Assembly (NCBI GenBank): GCA_029258835.1
Contig: JAPDJY010000086.1
Location: 1-11,558 of the forward strand
DNA from: Thermoproteota archaeon
Lineage (GTDB): Archaea > Asgardarchaeota > Jordiarchaeia > Jordiarchaeales > Freyrarchaeaceae
Direction of reading: 5' to 3'
Length of the DNA stretch: 11,558 nucleotides
Part shown: in pieces, positions 1 to 8,129 of the stretch
Layout: the number at the start of each line of letters is the position of its first letter
Numbering within the stretch: position 1 is the stretch's first letter
Notes under the pieces: model-generated
Told to the model about the DNA's origin: nothing
Database searches by the model: none
What the model saw: the letters and a program-made list of their open reading frames with translations, nothing else
Made by a program: the position numbers and the translations under genes

Positions 1-800
1 AAACAAAACCCGATGAAAAGGGAACGGCAACGGAACTACCTCAACGTAGTGTTCCTTCCCCTCAAAAAGAAAACAAACAAAACCCGATGAAAAGGGAACG
101 GCAACATTCCCTGTTCGAGCTCCCAAAGGAGCTCGCCCATTTTTAGAAAACAAACAAAACCCGATGAAAAGGGAACGGCAACGCACACTTCACCACCCAT
201 TTGGCGTTAGGGTAGTCATATTGAAAACAAACAAAACCCGATGAAAAGGGAACGGCAACTTGTGAACTAGTGCAAACTCACCGCCACAACTAATAAACGG
301 AAAACAAACAAAACCCGATGAAAAGGGAACGGCAACCACAGGACAACCTCCGTCACCTCGAACAACGCTGGTGGATGAAAACAAACAAAACCCGATGAAA
401 AGGGAACGGCAACCTGCATTGCAGAACTTACACAGCGGCACCTCTTTTCCCTGGAAAACAAACAAAACCCGATGAAAAGGGAACGGCAACAGCAACTGCA
501 CGGTCTCGGGTTCCCACCCGTATTTTTCAGCGAAAACAAACAAAACCCGATGAAAAGGGAACGGCAACTAGTTACTAGTTTTTGTTGTAATTGTGGGTAT
601 ATTAACGCGAAAACAAGCAAAACCCGATGAAAAGGGAACGGCAACACGAGGTAGTTTTTGTAGTCGACTGGGATTATGTCTATCCGAAAACAAGCAAAAC
701 CCGATGAAAAGGGAACGGCAACAAGGAGGTCATCGGCCGCCTTCCCCCTGAGCGCCTCCGAGAGAAAACAAGCAAAACCCGATGAAAAGGGAACGGCAAT
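1..800 (+). CRISPR. CRISPR array 1: 11 repeats (first truncated by the window edge) and 10 spacers of 37-41 nt; trailer end at right
   Basis: Repeat GAAAACAAACAAAACCCGATGAAAAGGGAACGGCAAC at 1-31 (partial), 69, 146, 223, 300, 377, 454, 532, 609, 686 and 764. The last three copies carry A9G (GAAAACAAGC) and the last ends GGCAAT, marking the trailer. + orientation is inferred from this trailer decay and the 3' ACGGCAAC tag following a short CCC/GGG stem. Confidence 0.98.
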
Positions 801-843
801 CATTTTGTTAAAATCCTGAGTGCTGCTGTGTCTCTGGAGTTCA

Positions 844-880
844 GAAAACAGGGTAAGACTGATGGAGGGGGGAGGGCTGA
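844..880 (+). repeat. Highly degenerate CRISPR repeat beyond the array 1 trailer
   Basis: GAAAACAGGGTAAGACTGATGGAGGGGGGAGGGCTGA starts 43 nt (about one spacer length) after the last repeat. It keeps GAAAAC, GATG and the G-run in register, and differences are mostly A>G or C>T. Confidence 0.6.
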
Positions 881-1263
881 AGGTTTCGAATAGTTTGTTG
901 TTGTTTTTTGTTGAAGGTGATGAGTGGGATCTGATGGAGGGGGTTGTTGGTTGTTTAACCCTTTTTTGTTTTTTCTTGGGGGAGGGTGGGTTTGGTGGGG
1001 GGGTGGTTGTGTTGCAGTTCGAAAAGTTTGAATTTTGTGGTTTCTGTTTTTAGGGTGGCGGGTAAGGTGTGTGGGTGGTTGTTCTTAGGGTTGATGATTC
1101 CTGGCTTTGGGTGAGGGTAGGTAACTGGATGGAAGGGGTGGTGGAGTGTGTGGGTTGGGTTTTTCTCTTGGTGGGATGGGTGTGTTTTTCTTTTTGGTTG
1201 TGAAGCTGGCTTTTAGCCTTTTCTTTTAGGTTTAGCGGGTTTAGTTTTGTTTGGGGTGGAAGG

Positions 1264-1482
1264 TTGATTATTTTTGGTGGGCGTGTGGTCGGTGTTGAGG
1301 GATGTGTCATCGTGGAGTATATTTGCCCCTTCTGTGGGAGCCGTGAAGAGGTTCCTATGGGGGACTTCTATACTGTGCACGACTGCACGGTGTGTTGCAG
1401 GATGTTTGTTGTGTGGTTTAAGCCTGTTGTTGAGGCGAGTGGAGGCTACGTTGACCTGGGGGAGCGTGGCGGCAAGGATTGA
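1264..1482 (+). CDS. Small Zn-ribbon / CPxCG-motif cysteine-rich protein (start codon uncertain)
   Basis: YICPFCGS...HDCTVCCRM resembles the CPxCG...DCxVCC pattern of Cys_rich_CPXG-type proteins. Its base composition is more balanced than the surrounding G/T-rich DNA. Confidence 0.5.
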   Translation: MIIFGGRVVGVEGCVIVEYICPFCGSREEVPMGDFYTVHDCTVCCRMFVVWFKPVVEASGGYVDLGERGGKD

Positions 1483-2656
1483 CGGAGGCTGGTGGGGGGC
1501 AGAGGCGGGTTCGCATTCTTTCTCCTTCTTTTTTCGGGGTGGAGGCGTGGGTGGGGTTTGAGGAAGGGTTTGGGAGCCTTTGAGTACACTATTTTTGTCT
1601 ATGGCTGGTTGGCTGGGTTGGGCTTCAGTTCACTGTAGGGGGCGGGTAAAACATGGTGGAGGAGGGTGGCGGCGTTGCTCTGGAGGGTTCTAACTCTTTT
1701 TGAAGCTGTTCCTGGAAGGCGGGTGAGTTCGGTGGAGGGAGGATGTTGGAATGAGGTGGATGGTGGTTTTTATTGTTTTGATTTATGTTGGAAGGTGGAT
1801 GGGGCTGGTGGGGTGGCGGCTTGGTGTTGGGGTGTTGTGCAGTGTTTTTGAGTGGCTGGTTGGGTGGCGCTTGTTGAGCGCGGCTTTGGTTGATGGTGTT
1901 TATGTGGGTTTGACGGTGCCGGGTGGTCTTACGTGGTCTTACGGTCGCGGGTTATCGGGGTGGTTAAGCCTTTTGGCGGTGGGTTTTGCTGGGTGGGTGT
2001 TTTCTTATTGGTGTTTGACGGCGGGAAGATGTTTTCTGCCTTTGCCGGGTGTTAGTTGTTCGGGGATGGTGGGTCTGCTGGATGGATGGAACCCTTGGAG
2101 GGTGTGGTTTCAGCTGGTGTGCGGTTTTTGGTTTCAGCTTTGATGGGGGGTTGTGGGTGGGTGGGTGTGTGGGTCGGGTTGTCTGGCTGCTTCATGTGGC
2201 TCATTTGCCGCTTATTGCCGCTCCTGTCCTCTTAGTGTTTGCCGGGGCGATCTCGGTGATTAGTTATGTTGCTGTTTTGCATGGCGCCCTTTTGCATGTT
2301 ACGGGTTTCACTTGTGGGTGGAATGCACGGTGTGGTGGCTGTTTTCGCGGTGTTTGGTTGCTTGGTGTGGCCCGGTGACGGGTTGCGTCTGCCCTGGCAA
2401 CCTTGCGGCCCGTCTGGGGTTGAGGGGGTTCGAGCGCGTGTTTCGCTAGGATTCTGCTTGATGGGTTTACTGGTAGCTGCTCTGGTGCTGGTTTTGCTTC
2501 CGCCGTCCTCCGCGGTGGTGTGGATGTCGCCGTAGAAGTGTCCGTCTCCCCTGGTGGGGTGCGCCAGTTTAAAGCCTAACTTTTAGGTGCCGTTGAATGC
2601 TTGGCCTTCGTTTCCACCCGGGTGGGTTCACGCCTTCCTCCATTTTTTCGCCCGGC

Positions 2657-2676
2657 GCCGCCCTCCGGAGGGTGGC
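2657..2676. other. Near-perfect 20-bp GC-rich palindrome/hairpin downstream of the CARF gene
   Basis: GCCGCCCTCC|GGAGGGTGGC has one mismatch (G-U if transcribed from +). It lies about 70 nt past the CARF stop codon. Function unknown. Confidence 0.3.
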
Positions 2677-2745
2677 AGCACCTCCTGCCGGCTGAGGGGT
2701 GTGGCTCACAGAACACGTGAACGTTTTGCTGAAAGGGGCGCTTTT

Positions 2746-3597
2746 TCAGCTGGCGTCGGGCTTCTTGCTCTCCTGCTTTTTCTGGCGCCACACCTCCTCT
2801 GTCTGCCTCCAGAGAACTTTAGCTGTTTCCGTCGGGTACACTCTTTCCTCTTTCTCCTCAGCCCATCCGAGCCTTACAGCCTGCCTTACAGCGTCCTTAC
2901 CATACCTTCCTTCAAGGGCGTCCCTCGCCGCTGGACCTATGTCGACGAGGCTTCCTATGAGCTCCGTCAGCTTCCCCCACTTCCTGAACTTTACGGGCAT
3001 TGCCGGTATGCGCACCACTCTTTTGAAGTGTTCGTGGACGTAGAACACGGGGGCACCCGTCCCCGGGGAGTTCGCGGCGAGGATCGCCATGGCGGTTTCA
3101 GGCTTGAAGCCCCCCGTTGCGTGGACGAACACCCTGTCCCCCTCACCCTTACGGGCCCTTATGATCTCCGTTATGGTGCTGAAGAGCCTCGCCAGCCCGT
3201 CCTCGAAGCGTTCAGGGTCGCCGAGCCCCTCAACCCTCACCATTTCCACAGCCACCCTCCCACCATACCTTTCCCCTGAAACGTTCATTAGATAGTTTCT
3301 GAGGGTTTCTGCGCAAACCCTGCCAATCCTCGTGTCCGAGAAAAGAAGGTACACCCACTGCTGCAGCCCCCTCTCGTACCATTCCTCTAGCAGGTCGAGG
3401 AGGGTGCTTAGCTCGGCGCTAGCACCCTTAGGATCCCCTGAAACGAACTCCACCAACCTGCCGGTTAGCTCGCCCTCATCCACCCTTCCACCTTTAAGCC
3501 CAGCCTCCAGGTCGGGTAGGCTACCCTCAACAATTCCAGCTCTCTGAGCGTTCGTAAGAATCGAAGCCCCCACCAAAACCAGGTGAGCCGCAATCAT
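2746..3597 (-). CDS. CRISPR-associated CARF protein, APE2256 family (Crn1/Sso1393-like; candidate cA4 ring nuclease) with probable C-terminal winged-helix
   Basis: 283 aa. N-terminal VGASILTN (family VGTSLLxN), ASAELSTL, LLFSDTRIGRVCA, HATGGFKPE and YVHEHF..VVRIP are hallmark motifs of APE2256/TIGR02619-type CARF proteins. SD GGTGGTGA lies upstream of the ATG. Confidence 0.88.
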   Translation of the reverse strand: MIAAHLVLVGASILTNAQRAGIVEGSLPDLEAGLKGGRVDEGELTGRLVEFVSGDPKGASAELSTLLDLLEEWYERGLQQWVYLLFSDTRIGRVCAETLRNYLMNVSGERYGGRVAVEMVRVEGLGDPERFEDGLARLFSTITEIIRARKGEGDRVFVHATGGFKPETAMAILAANSPGTGAPVFYVHEHFKRVVRIPAMPVKFRKWGKLTELIGSLVDIGPAARDALEGRYGKDAVRQAVRLGWAEEKEERVYPTETAKVLWRQTEEVWRQKKQESKKPDAS

Positions 3598-3633
3598 CCT
3601 TCACCACCCGGGACACGGAAGCCCTCCCTCCAC

Positions 3634-3658
3634 ATTTAACCCTTAAACCTTATTTTAA
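3634..3658 (-). promoter_or_regulatory. Putative archaeal promoter (BRE/TATA-like) for the CARF gene
   Basis: Minus strand reads TTAAAATAAGGTTTAAGGGTTAAAT about 40-60 nt upstream of the ATG, an AT island in GC-rich DNA. Confidence 0.4.
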
Positions 3659-4044
3659 TATTCTCCTCCAACCCTTCCAAAGAAGCAACTAACCCGCACC
3701 ACCCGGCAACACCCATGAGGGTGCGAAGAAGCCGACTGCTGAAAGCTGGCCTGCCGCTCCCGACCGCGGCACTCTAAAGAGAGGCCGAAAAGTCTGAAGG
3801 CATCGAAGCCGCACGCCCGGAGCGGCGCAGCGTTGCACGCACCGGCAACACCGCAAACATCCTTCACCAGCAAACCAGCACCCACAGAATCTCCTTAAAG
3901 TTAAACTTTTAAGTGGGGACTGCTTCAACCGCCAAAACGAAGCCGTCGAAGCTCAACCCACCACGCGACGCCACCAAGAAAAAGCAGACACCAACATAAA
4001 GCAGACCAAATACACGAACCCAAAAACAAACCTAAAAACGAACC

Positions 4045-4479
4045 CTACTTTAAGGCTATCAGGACGCTTACGAGCACGGTGAAGACGGACATCAGCAACC
4101 CGAGAATAGTGAAGTAGAGGCGGAGGGAGCGGTAAAGCTCCTCAAACCTCCTATCCACAGCCTCAAACCTCTTATCCATGTAGCTCACCAGCTCCTCGAA
4201 CCTCCTGTTCACGTCCTCAAAACGCTTATTCACGTCTTCGAACCGCCTGTTCACGTCCTCAAACCTCCTGTTCACGTCTTCGAACCGCTTGTTAATGTCC
4301 TCGAAGCGCTTGTTGACGTCTTCGAACCTCCTATTCACATCTTCGAAGCACTTGTTCATCGTCTCCACCAGGAGTTTTATGTCTTCTTTGGTTGCCAGGT
4401 TTCTCAGTGGGAGTGTTTTCTCGAGTTCTCTCCTGATGAGCTCTAGGACCTCAAGCCTCGCAGCATCACTCAAACCCAT
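4045..4479 (-). CDS. Membrane-anchored coiled-coil heptad-repeat protein (DUF1640/CCDC90-like head-neck-stalk-anchor architecture)
   Basis: Short helical head, LATKEDI neck motif, (V/I)N(R/K)RFED heptad stalk and a C-terminal hydrophobic helix. ATG at 4479 with GGGTGG upstream is preferred over the GTG at 4491. Confidence 0.8.
   Translation of the reverse strand: MGLSDAARLEVLELIRRELEKTLPLRNLATKEDIKLLVETMNKCFEDVNRRFEDVNKRFEDINKRFEDVNRRFEDVNRRFEDVNKRFEDVNRRFEELVSYMDKRFEAVDRRFEELYRSLRLYFTILGLLMSVFTVLVSVLIALK
4138..4359 (-). repeat. Coding 21-bp tandem repeat: 8 units, a 12-bp insert, then 2 diverged units
   Basis: Encodes MNKCFED VNRRFED VNKRFED INKRFED VNRRFED VNRRFED VNKRFED VNRRFEE LVSY MDKRFEA VDRRFEE, with synonymous variation between units. 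Confidence 0.9.
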
Positions 4480-4510
4480 AAAGCCACCCACATACTACTA
4501 GGAGAGGGGA

Positions 4511-4524
4511 AAATTAAACTTTCT
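4511..4524 (-). promoter_or_regulatory. Putative BRE+TATA promoter of the coiled-coil gene
   Basis: Minus strand AGAAAG-TTTAATTT about 32 nt upstream of the ATG at 4479. Confidence 0.5.
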
Positions 4525-4957
4525 GCTAAGGGGGGAGCGTCCGGGAGAGCGTCCCGGCCGCCGGCAACAAAGCAGAGAGAACCCAGCAACCCGCGACACC
4601 GCCAAAAACAAGGCATTCTCATTCACACAATACATCAACTCTCGACGAAGAACAAGAAAACCGAAAACACGGGAAGGAACGCGTAAAAATGCCTAAAAGC
4701 AAGGGTTAAAACCCCACAAAGGAAAAGGATCCTCCAAATGGAGGGCAAACCTTGCGGAGACTGCGATCGCATGTACTTCGGAGGTCGACAGGAGACGAAA
4801 ACGAGAAAGAAAAGAAAACCTGAGGAGAAGAAGGGGGGGTTTTGTTGACTTATTGTTGGTATAACGGCTGGTGGGTGTGCGGGTTGTGACTGTAGGGGGC
4901 GGTTTGGATGGTGGCTGGGTTCCGGGCCAGTTTGCATGTTAGGCGGCGTTGAAACGT

Positions 4958-5296
4958 TCACTTTTTCATCTCCTCGAGCTGTTTTTTCACTACACTTAAT
5001 ATTTTTCTCTTCTTTATCAGATCCCTTACATACTGGGGGTCGGGAAAGCTTATGGCGTCAAATATACACCACACTTGGCATGAGGTGCACCCCACCATGC
5101 ACTGGAGGGGTCTCGCTACAACCGCCTTTTTCCTCTCCCAGTCGTAGTCGAAAACATTCCTCCCGCAACTGGTGACGCACATACCGCACCCAGTGCACTT
5201 GCTCTCGTCAACCGTAGGATGCCAGGCTATTTCCTCTCTCGGTATACCCTTCCATGAGGCAAACCTTGGGTCTAATCCTGTTTTTCCTCCACTCAT
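4958..5296 (-). CDS. 2x[4Fe-4S] ferredoxin family protein
   Basis: CTGCGMCVTSC and CMVGCTSCQVWC motifs, with N-terminal WKGIPREEIAWHPTVD. The start is moved to ATG 5296 because the longer ORF runs through a TATA-like element. Confidence 0.92.
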   Translation of the reverse strand: MSGGKTGLDPRFASWKGIPREEIAWHPTVDESKCTGCGMCVTSCGRNVFDYDWERKKAVVARPLQCMVGCTSCQVWCIFDAISFPDPQYVRDLIKKRKILSVVKKQLEEMKK

Positions 5297-5329
5297 TTCC
5301 CCACTTCCCTTCGAATTTCTTCCTGCACC

Positions 5330-5358
5330 TGAACTAATTGAACTTAAATAAAATTTTA
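5330..5358 (-). promoter_or_regulatory. Putative promoter of the ferredoxin gene with adjacent direct repeat
   Basis: Minus strand TAAAAT-TTTATTTA (TATA at 5345-5352) is followed by two copies of TGAACT (+ strand, 5330-5335 and 5339-5344), a possible operator. Confidence 0.45.
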
Positions 5359-5475
5359 GCGATGGCACCTAGCGTTCGGTGGTTGTGCGAAGTCGCCCGA
5401 TGAGGGGAATTTGGATGAGCGTAAGCGAATAGCACGCCAGCCGTTAGGCGTCGTATGCGTCTCCTCTTCCCCCCT

Positions 5476-6027
5476 TGTATACTTCTCCACCCTCGATTTG
5501 TACAGGTAGTGTTCTTTCCCGAAAACACGCTCTAGATAAGGCTCCTCCAACCGAACAGTGTACAGATGCATGTAGATAATAAAAGCTAACGTAAGTGAAA
5601 AGGCAAGCCCCGAACGACCCATAAGCGATATACCTAAGAGAAAGAGGAACAAGCCAGCGTTGAGGATTCCTGCTATGTTGATATATTCCTGTGGTGACGG
5701 GCTTTGAGGAATCTAAACCCGTTGCCCTGTGGAAAGAGCGAAATTCAATCAAGCCGAGAGACACTACAATTACCCCAACCACAAATAAGACCGATCCCAC
5801 AGTCAATGCCGCCACCCCATTAACAGGCAGCAGCCAAACACCATCAAACACCATATGAAGCTGACAGAATCACCAATGAATGATGGACTAAGTGGAAAAC
5901 CAAATAGGAACAGCCACTCGGAGCGGTAAAGTCTTTCCTTTACCATAAGCTTTCCTCAACCCCAACCATAATATACACCCAAGCCTATTAAGACCAGCGA
6001 ACCCGCCCCAAACATCGTTTCTATCAT
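5476..6027 (-). pseudogene. Isoprenylcysteine carboxyl methyltransferase / PEMT-family membrane methyltransferase, multiply frameshifted
   Basis: Motifs VTTGIYQHSRNPQ and EEPYLERVFGKEHYLYKSRVEKY lie in different frames (shift near 5655). A 10-bp tandem duplication (5835-5854) causes another shift, with further shifts toward the ATG at 6027. Confidence 0.85.
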
Positions 6028-6159
6028 TTATTTCACCTGACAACGCCTAACGAGCTTACCTAGTTAAGTCTTACATCTGCTGTGAAAATGTTTCTAAAAT
6101 CTGGGGGGCGAGAGAATTCCTGCTTACTTCGATAAAAGCGGATTGACCGTGAGGGTGCT

Positions 6160-6680
6160 TGTTTTGCTTTGTTCTTCTACGAAAACGTGTTTAATGAGAG
6201 ATTTGACGGGAGGGTAACCGTTAGCTAGGAAGGGTTTAAAGCTACCTTCGGTATTAAGCGGGAAGGCAGGATGATGGAAGTAGCCATAAACGATGCACAA
6301 ACTTGTTGATGTTTTACTATGCTGTTGCTTGAAGTTGGAAATCTAGGGGAAGGCATGGACTTTGGTGGAGGTATTATTCGTGTTAAAACAGTTAAAGGGG
6401 GGTTGCGCCCCCACATTCCAAATTAAAAATGCTGGAATTTTGTGGTGTTGGTGGGCGGGGTTTAGTTTTCACATTGCAAGGGTAGGGAAATACGACAAAA
6501 GGATGATCAGCAAATAGTGAAGAATGCGGCGGGAAGAGCAGAGATAAGAAGGTAACCTCCATACTCTGAGACGCAGCTTGCAACAGATTTGCTGGAGGCA
6601 GGGTCAGATACCAAGTCATAGCAAACTTAGATATGGCAGACTCGGGCATAACGCTTAGGGCAGATCTATACGCATGCTGC
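6160..6680 (+). pseudogene. Decayed tyrosine recombinase/integrase (XerA/XerD-like)
   Basis: Colinear fragments across frames: ALFFYENVF (6166), KLPSVLS (6239), MDFGGGIIRVKTVKGG (6355), QQIVKNAAGRAEI (6508), HTLRRS (6560), ATDLLEAGSD (6580), QIYTH (6661). These match the consensus ...HTLRHSFATHLLEAGxD...TTQIYTH. Confidence 0.8.
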
Positions 6681-6890
6681 CGGTAAAGACGGGGGGTAGA
6701 AGGTGGGCTGCCAATCTACTTTGCCTCAGATTTTCTTCTACCTCCACTTCTTTCATCTTCACCTTAATCTTCTTCTCCCGCCCTTTCATCTTCAAAACTC
6801 TTTTCTCTCTGCGGTTTCACAATGCGGGAAGCATATCATCTGAGTTCGGTTTCTTCTTTTAACTCCTTAACTTCTTTTCATTTGCCATTT

Positions 6891-7691
6891 TCATTTTATC
6901 ACTACGAGTTTCGGATGATGGACGCAGATGCCTCTGATGGGAACATTACTACTTTTCATAATATCTATGAGTTCATTCGTGTACCTTTCAGCTTTAGCTT
7001 TATCAGAAATAGTGTCATAGCTCTCAGGATGGTTCTGCTTCAGCCACTCCACAAACTCCTTTCCACTTGCTTTTAGGTTCAAAAACTCAAACCAATAGAA
7101 ATCCACAAAGTATTTTGTTTCTCTGATTAACTGTTCTATATCGATTAGACCTGGAATTATGGGGGAAATGAAGGCGTAGTTTTTGATGCCATTTTCGTGA
7201 AGCACCTTCAGTGCTTCTATTCTTCTTTCGTTGCTTGAAGAAAACGGTTCTACTTCCCTTTTCACAGAGCCGTCAAAACCGTTAACCGTTAAACCCACTT
7301 CTACATCTTTAAACTCCTTAAAAACATCGATATCTCTTAAAACCAAATCGGATTTGGTTAAAATCCCTAATTTAATGTTTTTATCCATACTTTCCAAAAC
7401 ATTTCTCGTAAGTTCCAGCTCCTTTTCAACCGGCTGATAGGGATCACTAACACTGCTCATGTAAACTTTCCCCTCCACGCTTTCTTTTTTTACAAGTTCT
7501 GGAAGGTTTTCTTTAACAACAATCCAAGTCCCCCACCTCCCGTAATTATACCATTTACACATGAATTTAGCGTAACAATACTTACACGCGTGCTGGCAGC
7601 CAACGTACTGATTCATGACATAAGCTGCTCCCGGAATTTTAGTTAGAGTGAAAGCTCTCTTAGCCCTAATCCTAACTATTTTTACCCCCAT
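6891..7691 (-). CDS. Radical SAM protein, SplB/COG1533 (DNA repair photolyase-like) family
   Basis: NQYVGCQHACKYCYA (CxxxCxxC), SSVSDPYQPVE, ILTKS, ERRIEAL and FISPIIPG motifs. Visibly more AT-rich than the cas genes. Confidence 0.92.
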   Translation of the reverse strand: MGVKIVRIRAKRAFTLTKIPGAAYVMNQYVGCQHACKYCYAKFMCKWYNYGRWGTWIVVKENLPELVKKESVEGKVYMSSVSDPYQPVEKELELTRNVLESMDKNIKLGILTKSDLVLRDIDVFKEFKDVEVGLTVNGFDGSVKREVEPFSSSNERRIEALKVLHENGIKNYAFISPIIPGLIDIEQLIRETKYFVDFYWFEFLNLKASGKEFVEWLKQNHPESYDTISDKAKAERYTNELIDIMKSSNVPIRGICVHHPKLVVIK

Positions 7692-7850
7692 CTCACATTA
7701 CCCCCTTCCCCTTCCAAATAACCTTTTTCAGACAGGTAAGCCAAAACCATGTTCCTATCTCCATCCATACCCCCGATCCTCCCTTCAAGCTCCTTTCTCA
7801 ATCATCCCCCAAACTCCATCCGGAACGCCAACCACCCCTTCCACCCCCAT
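7682..7850 (-). pseudogene. Frameshifted small CopG/ribbon-helix-helix-like regulator upstream of the radical SAM gene
   Basis: ATG at 7850 after AGGTG gives MGVEGVVGVPDGVWGMIEK. One extra base near 7793 shifts to ELEGRIGGMDGDRNMVLAYLSEKGYLEGEGGNVRWG*. RNxVLAYLSEKGYL recalls small archaeal CopG-family proteins (family call from memory). The 3' end overlaps the radical SAM start. Confidence 0.6.
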
Positions 7851-7879
7851 CACCTAAAACATATCAATGCACCTTTTTC

Positions 7880-7918
7880 AATTACCATTTATAAAGCTCT
7901 TATGATATTCTGGTAATT
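7880..7918. promoter_or_regulatory. TATA box flanked by an 8-bp inverted repeat (candidate operator)
   Basis: AATTACCA (7880-7887), TTTATAAA (7888-7895) and TGGTAATT (7911-7918), located 30-70 nt upstream of the CopG-like start. Confidence 0.55.
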
Positions 7919-8129
7919 CTTCAAAGCAATAAAGCCAGAAACCCTTTAATAAAAGGTGAGGGTACCGTGGCTCGGAAAATGTGATGTAAGAGAGAAAGTA
8001 AACCGAGTGAAGGAAGCGGCATTTGAGACGGATTCTTCTTTAAGTGGATAGAGCGGTTGGAAGTAAGTAAGAGCTTGGTGAGAGAGGTGTTGGGTGGTTA
8101 GGGTGGTGTTTAGCCTGGTTTGTTATTTG

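Noticed and set aside
190-803. ORFs with repeated PFPFHRVLFVF / VAVPFSSGF peptides
   Set aside because: Translations of the CRISPR repeats.
820-2535. Gly/Val/Trp/Cys-rich ORFs (820, 1274, 1666, 1751, 2049, 2266) and their Pro/Thr/His-rich antisense ORF
   Set aside because: Expected by-products of G/T-rich DNA with no recognisable family. 1751-2378 could be an eroded membrane-protein gene, but I cannot support that.
2587-3547. Plus-strand ORFs including the 230-aa ORF 2587-3279
   Set aside because: Antisense shadows of the CARF gene.
3740-3800. Hammerhead-like string GAGGCCGAAAAGTCTGAA
   Set aside because: No CUGAnGA core in the right place and no closing stems.
3704-4568. Scattered CGGCAAC matching the repeat 3' end (3704, 3843, 4562)
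   Set aside because: Only 7 nt, irregular spacing, A/C-rich background and no other repeat similarity.
4635-4961. 108-aa minus-strand ORF downstream of the ferredoxin
   Set aside because: Low-complexity, skew-driven composition with no motif.
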